A stretch of DNA of 42,280 bases. It comes from Trichinella spiralis (taxonomy: Eukaryota). The notes beneath the pieces were generated by a model that was given only the letters and a program-made list of their open reading frames with translations, did no database searches and had not been told where the DNA came from. The DNA is taken from the NCBI RefSeq assembly GCF_000181795.1, contig NW_003526942.1:84273-126552 (forward strand). The letters run 5' to 3'. A program made the translations under genes and the position numbers. This document shows, piece after piece, positions 12,427 to 22,750 of this stretch. Position 1 is the stretch's first letter; every line of letters starts with the position of its first letter.

Positions 12427-13187
12427 ATGACCATCGTCGACTTTTTCTCCAGCAGAGCCATCAGTACTGCAAGGCAGTTGGTTCCTTCCCGAAAGCGATC
12501 AACGATTTGCAGATCGGTCATTCAGATCCTCTCCCCCGCCTCTTGGACTCAAATAGCGAAAGCGTCGATTGGTTCCCCAGGACGTGGCGCAAACGACAGA
12601 ACTCCGTGCGAAGTGACATCTCTGACTTCAGCGGGATGAACATCTTCTTGAGGTCTGCTTTCAGCACCTCGTTTCGTAGTCGTTTATGTCGTCTCCCAAC
12701 TTGGCAGTAAGTCGTTCCTGGATGGCAGAATCCATGTGGTTAAGCGCCGCGACTGCCCACTGGCAGCGCGGTAGCAAATCATGGCACTCAAATGACGTGT
12801 AGCGAGCGAAACTACGAGTTCACTCGCTCGCGAACTTAGTGAACTGTATCTTTCTTCGTATTGAAAGGCGGGAAAGTCAAATACGTTCGACAATCCGACC
12901 TTAACCGTGTTGCACTGACTTCCGTCACGATAATCGTCAATCGAAACCAGATCAAGTGTCAACACAGTTTACTCAAAACGAAAAATAATGAGCCAGGGAT
13001 AATAAAACAAGTTATGACTCAATATAGTACACACAAGCAAAACAGACTGAAGGCAATCTTCCAAGCAAACAACAAATCCACAACTTTCTCGATAAACCCC
13101 AGACTCTTCACGCGCCACCACAGTACGCTACCGTACTCAGTCCTCACACGCAGGTTCTCTCACGTTAAAAACAGTATCCCCATTACA
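12427..13187 (-). mobile_element. Degenerate LTR-retrotransposon relic (Gag fragment, possible LTR)
   Basis: Minus-strand translation with stops and frameshifts gives PRCQWAVAALNHMDSAIQERL and RPGEPIDAFAI*VQEAGERI*MTDLQIVDRFREG, resembling Gypsy Gag capsid. The GC-rich block starts TGTAATGGGG on the minus strand at 13187. Confidence 0.55.
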
Positions 13188-14192
13188 TGACGTATTTGTA
13201 ATTAAAAAAGCAATCAAGTACAAATAAAGTAAAAATTTTTTGTTTTAATTATACTATGTTCTGAATTATAAAAATTTGCCGAACGTAACAGAGCATTGCA
13301 ACATTTTTTTCATTGATTCATTCATTCTTTAAACTTGTTTCTAAGTAACGTAATTTTTTTATGAAACAGTGTGGAATATTACTGTAAATGGTCAATGAAC
13401 AAATTTTGCTACAGTTCAAAATTTAAAGAAATTACAAATTAAAAGAAATTATTTTTAAGTTGGATGTAATGTGATTTTCTTGCTATATGTACTATTGAAA
13501 ATAATAAATAAACTTTATTATCAAAATGTGATACTGTGAATATTGCTAGCATTTGCGTACTTGGTATTTGTAAATGCATAAAATAATTTTATATAAAAAT
13601 AAAATATTATATAATATATTATTATAATTTTGATTTACTAATATTTGAAACTAGCTAGTATGAAATTTTATTTCATAGTGCATTTAATAATCGTGTAAAG
13701 TAGTGCTTTTTCTTGAATTTTCTTATATTGCAATGTTATGCTGTTGTGATTATTGTACACGCAGAATCAGTTTTATAATTTTAGCTGATTTTATTGAAGT
13801 AATTTCATGAAAGTGGTTGGTTCATAACGGCTAGCGCGTTCTAAAGATACGACTTTTAGCAGGTAAATTCTTTAATTTTCTCCGTGAAAGTTTCTCTGTG
13901 GTGTTAAAGAAATGCGTTTCTTTTACTGTGAGAAATGGGATCATTTTGTATAACAAGGAGCAGTTTAAAATATATGCTTAAGCAGTGTTTTTTATAGTTG
14001 TGAATTCATGTTGACATAATAATAATTGTTCTTTCAAAGTTATTTGACTTAGATTTGTGCCTAGTGCATATTCATATTTATTTTATTAACGTTCAATATT
14101 ATAAATGTGTCGTCAGTTTCCATTTTTTATTATGTAAACTATTAATTAATAATTATTAAAAATTGTAAAGAAGCGTTAAACACATGGTTTCT

Positions 14193-15196
14193 TTAATTTT
14201 CGTGATTCGAGCGAATTGCACTACATTTTAAAAATTCTTCTAATTCAAAGAATTTATCTCTGCCTCCTTTAATCTTTTTGAAATCGTAATATGCCGTATT
14301 CCTGCAAGTTGAAGGATAGTTAAACATTTTATACAGACTTAATTTTTTGTATACGTACATTTTTGGATTTTCACCGTGCAAGAGAAGCCATACAATTCCG
14401 ATTATTGGACATGTAAAAATAATCGTAATGAAGTATGGATATGGACTTTTTGCTGAAAAATTTTTTGAGTTGAAGATAATTATTGTTCTGCACATTTACA
14501 TTTTACTTATTTCACAATATTCTCCGCGATAGTTGCTGCTGCTGCATATGCAATGTACGCTATGCATAGGAGTTCCGACGTGTTTTTCAATGCATTTTCC
14601 TCTATGGTTGCAGACGGTAGCATTGTTGCAGTCTATTATTGCTGGAAGAAAAGGATTAATTTTGCTTAAATGCACGTTAAAAAGTCCAAATTACCGAATT
14701 TGAATTCCCAAATTCTGCCGTCAGAAGACTGACATAAAAATACAGTATCGTTTAAAGTTACTCTGTTCCACAGTATAGTGAGAAAAGTGCTGTTGATCAC
14801 GTAAATGCTAGAAGAATTGTAAAATTCAAAACTGAAGGTTCCTCGTCATCGACTACCTGTCGTTGTTGTTATTCAAATTGTGCATCTTTGTACCGTTTTC
14901 ATTTGTGAACCACCAGCAAACATCAGTAGCTTGGTCCCCGTTAGCTTCTGTTAATGGGCATTTTAGTCGTTTTCTCTTACCAACAATGGCAAAAGCGATC
15001 TCATCGGAGTCGTTTTTCTTCTTCGGAACATTTTTGCAAACTAAATTTCAATTTAATCTGACTATTATTATTTGGCAAAAGGAAATTATCCTGTTGATGA
15101 GACAGAAAGGCGATCACCTTTGCTTGAGTCAGTGCAATTGGCGTAATGAAAAATTGCAAGAATTGCGAGGAACGTCAACAGTGAACTTTGCTTCAT
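14193..15196 (-). CDS. Type I membrane protein: signal peptide - Ig-like domain - EGF domain - TM - short tail (about 237 aa)
   Basis: Phase-consistent exons 15196-15118, 15040-14857, 14807-14695, 14641-14507, 14452-14359, 14301-14193. Signal peptide MKQSSLLTFLAILAIFHYANC. Ig hallmarks GKRKRLKCP...VCWWF...LTILWNRVTLNDTVFLCQ. EGF domain CNNATVCNHRGKCIEKHVGTPMHSVHCICSSSNYRGEYCE. TM segment YFITIIFTCPIIGIVWLLL. Confidence 0.85.
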
Positions 15197-15883
15197 TGTT
15201 CGGAGTTGATGTTGAAACTGATTTTAATTTTCATTTTATCACCACAGTTTTGTACAGTTATTTTAAACTGACACCACACGATTTTAATTAAATTGACCAT
15301 TTTCTCCAATAATGGACGACGTTTGTTGTTTTGTAATTTTAAAGTTCAACAGATGTTGTTGTTGGGCACTGAAATTGTTCATTGTTTAAACTGCTTTTTT
15401 GCACTTTAAAATTTTTCTACACATTCCTTTTACTACAAATGCCAATAGGAATTGTTTTATTTTTTTTTTTGATTATTGGAAAGTATTTCAGCAAGGAATT
15501 TATCTTTTCTGTCCAGTGAACAACAACTTTAAGAATTTAATTTCTTTTTTAAATAATTCATTCCATATTTAATGTTTAATTTAATCATCGCTGCACAATT
15601 GTTGGTTTCATTTTGTTGTAAACAGATTTTGCGTCCTTTATATAAATTATGAATGAAAAGCGGAAGGAATTAATAAAACAAAAAAAGAAAAAGAAATATG
15701 CATATGTTATACCTGATGTTCTGATGAAAGTTGTATTTTATTTTTAAACTGGTTTCATATTCATAAATATGTAAATGTTTAATTGGATTAAAGAAGAGTT
15801 GTTTTTTCAGTTTGCCGTCAGTGGTCCGTTGTTTTCCGAAGCCAAAGTTTGGTTGATCAACAACAACTATTTTGCGGTTTAGT

Positions 15884-17227
15884 ATGATTGGAATTTTCAC
15901 TTTACTGTCCGTATATGTGCGCTTCGTACAAGCGGACAAAGGAATGCGTGAAGTGGAAGAGCACGGCGCTCGGTCGCCAAGTGAACGTTGGCAAAATTCC
16001 CACTACACAGATGGAAAGCACAGTGTTCACGCTGATCATCAGGTTGTGTTGGGTCAGTTACAGATTGTTTGTTTTTGTTTCTATATTAAAAATGCATTAT
16101 TGTTGATGTTCAGGGTCGAAAAAATTGGCTGAAGAGTTTGATCGATTAGATGCGGATGTGGCGCAAAGCCGCTTGCTGACGTTGGCAATGACCATGGATG
16201 TGGACAGAGATGGTTTCATTGATCGTGAAGAGTTGACACATTGGATTCGCGGTTCGCTGAAAAAATTGGAAGAAGAAGAAGCGGAAATGGATTTCAGTCA
16301 ATACGACGCCGATGCTGACGGTTTTGTGTCTTGGGATGAATATCGCAAAAGTGTGTACGGAACATTTTCAGTTGACGAATATGAAAACGAAACTGAAGTA
16401 AGTGCGTTTTTTGTAATTTTTGTTTTTCTACCAAATCGAAATTTCATTTATCCAATCATGCACAGTATGCACTTGGGAAGTATTTTTACTGGTTATTTAT
16501 TGGGTCGTGTGAATTCTGATATAATAATAACAGATAATAATTGAAGTAACAGTTTTGTAATATCAGTTTTGTGAAAATTGCATAGATGGGAATTTCGACT
16601 TTTGATAACTGTGTGTATGTATGTGCGTATGTAGATTTATTCATTTATTTACTTATTTATTTATTTATTTATTCAGTCGATGATTCATGACGACGAGTTG
16701 ATATTTAAAGTGGCCGATATGAACGAAGATGGGAAATTAAACTTGACAGAATATTTTATGCTTGTTCACCCTGAATTTTACCCCCAATTGCAAAAAACAT
16801 TGGCAATTGTTACAGTTGAAACAAAAGATACTGACGGTGATGGCTTGTTGACGTTTGAAGAATATAACGGAGAAATGTGTAAATAGAAAGTTTAAATAAT
16901 GAATATGAATTGAAATCTGAAGCATTGTTTTGTATTTATTTAGCGCTGGACGATCAAGACCAATATACATTGTCTAGACGAGCCAGGATGAGTGTTGCGG
17001 ATAAGGATAAAGATGGGAAGTTGAACAGCGATGAATTATATGAATTTCTTTCTTCTGAAATCGACGAACTCGTCGACGAAGAAGTGATGCATCTTTTTGA
17101 AATTGCTGACATGGATCACGACAGTCGTCTGTCCATGACAGAAATAACAAGTTCTTATGATACTTTTGTCGGCAGTGAAGCCACTGGTTATGGGGAATTG
17201 TTGGAAATAATGCACGAAGAACTTTGA
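15884..17227 (+). CDS. CREC-family ER-lumen EF-hand protein (calumenin/reticulocalbin-like), 312 aa
   Basis: Exons 15884-16052, 16114-16397, 16677-16878, 16944-17227. It has a signal peptide, six EF-hand loops (DVDRDGFIDREE, DADADGFVSWDE, DMNEDGKLNLTE, DTDGDGLLTFEE, DKDKDGKLNSDE, DMDHDSRLSMTE), the FVGSEATGYG motif and a C-terminal HEEL retention signal. Confidence 0.93.
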
Positions 17228-17744
17228 CGGAAAATGCCTTTTTCACTGCTGGAAAGTTGACTGTCATTTTTATGCACCACTCCACTACATACTATTTAAA
17301 TAGGAAGAAAGAAGTTTCTTTCTCCATAACCAATATTGTAATTGTAGATTTTACTTTTTGCTTTAATTCACTAATTTCTTTTCGTTTCTGTTGTTATCTG
17401 TAATAAAAGTTCTCTTTTTTTCATTATCACGTTGTACTTTTAAGATTTTTTGCCTTTCATCTGATGTAGTTTGCCTAATTAGGACTTGCACGCATTCATT
17501 TTTCTTTTTTCTTCTTCAACTCGTCAACTTTTCAAATTTAACACCTCAGGTGTGTAATTGTGCGCATCGACATTGTTCAGTCATTGATTGTTTTATGCGT
17601 ATACTTGTTGGAATTTTTTATCACATTATCATCATCAGTACGACGTCAATAAATTGCCATATGCAATTTTTGTATGTGAGTTAGTTATTATTACAGTGTT
17701 TTATGTGGAAGATTTATTTTCTTTTCCGATACGTATCTAAATTC

Positions 17745-17747
<3 letters not shown>

Positions 17748-17793
<46 letters not shown>
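17748..17793. repeat. (AT)n microsatellite
   Basis: About 23 uninterrupted AT units. Confidence 0.97.
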
Positions 17794-17795
<2 letters not shown>

Positions 17796-18322
17796 TATTC
17801 CTCTATTTTTGCTCACTTTATTCTTCTATGCATAGCATATTAATTGACATTGAAATTATCAATCATATACAATGGTATGCAAGAAAATAAAACATTTTAA
17901 AATTAATATGATAATTTGAAAATTCACTTTTCTTTTTGTAAAATGCTGTTTTATTGTTGAAATAGTTAATACGTTTCAATTTGGTATTATATAAATCTGT
18001 TTGAAAAGATAAAGCAGCTTTTTGAATTAGTTGTTTGCTAAGTTTGTGAAATAGTTTTTGTATAATAATGTTTAATGTTTTTGTATTTTTGCCAAATTAG
18101 TTAAATTAATCTGAACTGTTTGTTCTGAAGCGTTAATGAAGGCATGAAAATATCGAGGTGTTTTGTGCGTTCTTTAAAAGATAAGTTTCTAATTCATAAT
18201 ATAAATCCAGTACTTACAGTATTGCTTTGTGAAGATTCACTGAACTGTTTACACTGACAATTTTAAAAATATATATGACAAAATGCAAACATTAAAATTT
18301 TATTTTTGCGTGTAATTTAAAT

Positions 18323-18865
18323 TCAAGAAAGCGAGTTATATCCGTTTCTTTCACGATCATGACACAAAGAACACAACCAAATTAAAGCAGCGCAACTAAA
18401 AATTACAAAAATTCCTGCTATCAATCCATAGCCTACTGTAGATGCGTGTTCCATGATTTCGTCATTCATCATTTCTTGAAGAATACTTTTGTTTTTTACT
18501 TCTTTTGCATCCATTTCTACGAGCATGTAGTTATTTCTGTTTTGCAAGTAATCTTGAATTTCTAAAAAGAGAAAAATTTTCTCTTTCGCTTTTTCTTATT
18601 TCATTAAGATAATAAATTAATTTATATTTCAAATATTACAACAACTTCATTTAGACATTAAGGCTCTCATTTTCTCAATGAAATGAATAAATATCAATAA
18701 ACAGCATTTTAATGCAATTCGCCTTTCTGCTGGTAGTAAATCGAAAAAGAAGATTAAATAATGAAACTTACCCTTTTGGTTGATAACTTTATTTTGCGTT
18801 GTATTATTATTTGCACAAATTGTAAAAATCATACTGAACAATTGTATGTAGAATAGAATTTCCAT
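18323..18865 (-). CDS. Small single-pass membrane protein (110 aa), two exons
   Basis: Exons 18865-18772 (donor G|GTAAGT) and 18561-18323 (acceptor TTTTTAG) join in phase. Hydrophobic N-terminus MEILFYIQLFSMIFTICA, TM segment VGYGLIAGIFVIFSCAALIWLC and tail RERNGYNSLS. Confidence 0.7.
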
Positions 18866-19494
18866 GTTTAAACTCTGCCATGCAGGTAGCGTGCTATGCA
18901 GCAACATTGTTCAATCAAATCATTTCTTGAATTGGTTGTGGGTTTTCATCAGCACAACTAATCAGAGTCACTGTTTGCCAAGGATGACAAAATAAACAAA
19001 ATTGATCATTCAGATTTCATTCAGCACAATTTTACTATCAACACGAATTATGCACTGTTTATTTCACATGCTCAAAGTTGAACATACCACACAAGCGAAT
19101 AATGCTAAAATAATATTTTATTTATCATTATAAGGTTTTAAATACAAAATTTAATCAATATACAAACAAAAACGATATATTTGCGCAATTTTATTTATAT
19201 AGCCATTATTTGACTGACAATACTTTTATCCTGTATGCATTTTTGTTATTTTTAATAAATATTATATTTTATGAACACCTCTGCATTGTTGCATAGCTAT
19301 TTATTTTTATTGTTAAAATGTACTTTTCAGGGCAGTTAAAAATTTCCTTCTAAAATTATCGATATAACGATCCAAAATTGTCAATCATGGCGACAGTTGC
19401 CATTTATTCAACTTGATCATCAAATCAGTCAATCAAAGAGTAATAACAATACTATTAAAAACCGCATCAAAGAAAAAAAAAGTGCTTCTAAAAA

Positions 19495-21760
19495 ATCTTC
19501 CAACAAAGTTCATAAACTGTACACGAAAATTAAAAATATAATTTTTCAATCTATAATCATGAAAAGAAATGAATGAAAAGAATGAAATAATATATAATCA
19601 TTTCAATCATGAAAAAAATATATTTTATTGTAACAAATGAGAACTTTCCTTACTGACTGTACTACATAATTTATAAACTTGCTCACCTAAAAACTGCACA
19701 ATAAACATTTTTAACATTTCACTATGTTAAACATGAGTGTAATATGAAATAAAGTTAACTTATACTAGCATATTAAGTGCATTAAGTGAAGGCATCTTCA
19801 AACTGCTCAACTGTTATCACATTTTTGTTTAAATTGCATTGTAAATATTGAGCGTTTCCATTCCAGTGATGATAATAGCTTCCTAAAATAAAATTAACAT
19901 TTCATGACATTAAATGATAACTTTGCTGCATAATTCATAAAGAAAGTATAATTTAATTTTATTAAAAGAAATTAATACAACATATGTGTATATTAAAATA
20001 TTTATTTTTTTACAACAGTGTTGGTCAACCAGAGGGGTGCGTTCTCCTAGGGGGCGGGGGGGGCGTGTGAAGGGTACGGGGGGAAGCACGAAATTTTAGT
20101 CCTGCATAGGTGTTCAAAATTAAAAAGTTCATTTCTGTTGAAACCTGAAGTACTTCCTGAGCTCATATAGTTAATTTATGCGGCTCCTAAGATGCCTAGT
20201 CAATAGATATCATCATCTTATTTACAATGCATTAACAAATTGCTCGCCTGCATATCATAGTAATGATTTTTATTTTGATGTTGGTGACTTTTTGTTCCCC
20301 AGTGAACCGTTTCTTACAAGTTTCTACTTCTGGCTAAATTTTCACCGCCTTTTTTTACTGGTCATCTTAGTTTTAGCATAACAGCCTCAGCTTTGCACAG
20401 TTTATCATTTACCACTGTACTAAAATCACATCGTACTGCAGCTGGGCTTGATTCAACCATGAGGCAACAATTTACTTTGCGTACATACTTTTCTTTTTTG
20501 GGGAGTAGGGGTATTAATTGCACAACTTTGATTAAGAGGGCGGCGTGCGCTGACAGTCGTTCAGAACCATTGTTTTGCAGTATTGCAATGTTACCCCATT
20601 TGTTTAAATATAGTAAATATTTAAAAATATTTCATACACTGAAATCAACTGTACATACCTTGCCAAATTTTTCTTCTAACGCTCGTCGACCAAGTAATCG
20701 ATGTTTCAACTTCACCATAAGATTCTGAAATGTTAATCTTAAGTGAGACTAACCTAACTTTTTGAAAAAGTGACAACTCACTTCATATTCATCATCGCTT
20801 TCCTCCGGTTCTGATTTGTAATTCATGTTCTACAAACAAAATATAAAATTCTTATTTAAAATAACAAATGCAAAAGCTAGAATACTATTCATTTTGGTTA
20901 ATTTCAATTCTCAAACAATTAAGACAAAGTCATTTTGAAATTAAGAAATACTGTCTAAGAAAATTATATCATCTCTTTATGAAATAATTACTATGTGAAA
21001 GCTTAATGATAAAAAACCTGAAGACTTGAGAACAAAATTTAGAAGTTCAATTCATGAAAATGCATTCGTTTTCAAAATGCCATTGTTGCTTTCAACGCAA
21101 ATTTAAATGCACCAACTCTAATAATAATGTATTTTAAATTTGCTTACCCATGCAGATAGTCTAACGTCTTTGTATTTTTTTCGTTGAAACAATCGTCTAA
21201 AAATATAAACTATTCCATGTATTAATAGCTGAAGTAAACTAAACGGGGGTGGAATCATTCGACATTCATCAAAAAATTCCATCCATATCTGACTCAAAAC
21301 ATAAGCCCATTCTTTTTCACTATTTTCCTGAAAATGTATGTTTTATGTTTGTATAGAAAATGCAAATAAATTGAAAAACAAATTTTTGCTAACCAACACA
21401 GCTGCTGCAGTATTTGACATGATAGAGATCATTAAATTCAATAACGATACCACAAGAATGATATAATATAAAGCAGATAAAAGTTCAGCAGCAGATTGTA
21501 CTAAATGATGCTTTGTTTCTTCTTTGTCAGGTCCAAATTGTCCCACAACCACTTCCAGACGTTCTGGGTCCAAATAACCATACCATGCCCAGTATAGGTA
21601 TCGAATTGCTGATTCAATGCTAAAATGTGCTACCCTTACTATTGTTAAACAGTTGTCAAAAAATAAAAAAAAATACCTTGTCATGAAGGTAGGCTGTTCG
21701 TACAGTTACCTTCTATTAAAACAACATTACCTTTGTAATGTTCAATAAGGTAATTTAGAC
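19495..21760 (-). repeat. Duplicate of 22457-24664, containing the 3' exons of the TRPC-like gene, truncated at the gap
   Basis: Near-identical sequence with identical ORF-track peptides (20178 vs 23100, 20393 vs 23315, 21343 vs 24246). It differs by SNPs and by indels near 19557-19605 and 21035-21055. Confidence 0.95.
20016..20418. mobile_element. Possible hAT-like non-autonomous relic with a G-rich subterminal region (second copy starts at 22938)
   Basis: Begins CAGTGTTGGTCAACC, similar to hAT-Charlie termini, followed by G-tracts. A weak opposite end ...CCACTG lies at 20418, and there is no convincing 8-bp TSD. Confidence 0.3.
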
Positions 21761-21761
21761 G

Positions 21762-21771
21762 NNNNNNNNNN
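21762..21771. other. Assembly gap
   Basis: 10 N; both flanks carry many single-base dropouts relative to their duplicate copies. Confidence 1.
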
Positions 21772-22455
21772 TTTATCACACAGTTGTACAGTATTTAACT
21801 GACACACACGATTTATAAATTGACCATTTCTCAATAATGACGACGTTGTGTTTGTAATTTTAAAGTTCAACAGATGTTGTTGTTGGGCACTGAAATTGTT
21901 CATTGTTTAAACTGCTTTTTTGCACTTTAAAATTTTTCTACACATTCCTTTTACTACAAATGCCAATAGGAATTGTTTTATTTTTTTTTTTTTGATTATT
22001 GGAAAGTATTTCAGCAAGGAATTTATCTTTTCTGTCCAGTGAACAACAACTTTAAGAATTTAATTTCTTTTTTAAATAATTCATTCCATATTTAATGTTT
22101 AATTTAATCATCGCTGCACAATTGTTGGTTTCATTTTGTTGTAAACAGATTTTGCGTCCTTTATATAAATTATGAATGAAAAGCGGAAGGAATTAATAAA
22201 ACAAAAAAAGAAAAAGAAATATGCATATGTTATAGCTGATGTTCTGATGAAAGTTGTATTTTATTTTTAAACTGGTTTGATATTCATAAATATGTAAATG
22301 TTTAATTGGATTAAAGAAGAGTTGTTTTTTCAGTTTGCCGTCAGTGATCCGTTGTTTTCCGAAGCCAAAGTTTGGTTGATCAACAACAACTATTTTGCGG
22401 TTTAGTATGATTGGAATTTTCACTTTACTGTCCGTATATGTGCGTTCGCTTCGTA
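21772..22455 (+). repeat. Duplicate of about 15235-15928 (Ig-EGF/calumenin intergenic region plus the first codons of calumenin)
   Basis: Near-identical to 15235-15928. The calumenin ATG copy at 22407 reads MIGIFTLLSVYVRSLRISSNKVH* because of the junction. Confidence 0.95.
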
Positions 22456-22750
22456 TATCTTCCAACAAAGTTCATTAACTGTACACGAAAATTAAAAATA
22501 TAATTTTTCAATCTATAAATAATAAAAATCATGAAAAAAATATATTTTATTGTAACAACTGAGAACTTTCCTTACTGACTGTACTACATAATTTATAAAC
22601 TTGCTCACCTAAAAACTGCACAATAAACATTTTTAACATTTCACTATGTTAAACATCAGTGTAATATGAAATAAAGTTGACTTATACTAGCATATTAAGT
22701 GCATTAAGTGAAGGCATCTTCAAATTGCTCAACTGTTATCACATTTTTGT

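Noticed and set aside
20178..20728. Plus-strand ORFs appearing twice (also 23100-23650)
   Set aside because: The repetition is due to the segmental duplicate; they are antisense to TRPC exons and introns and have no domain.
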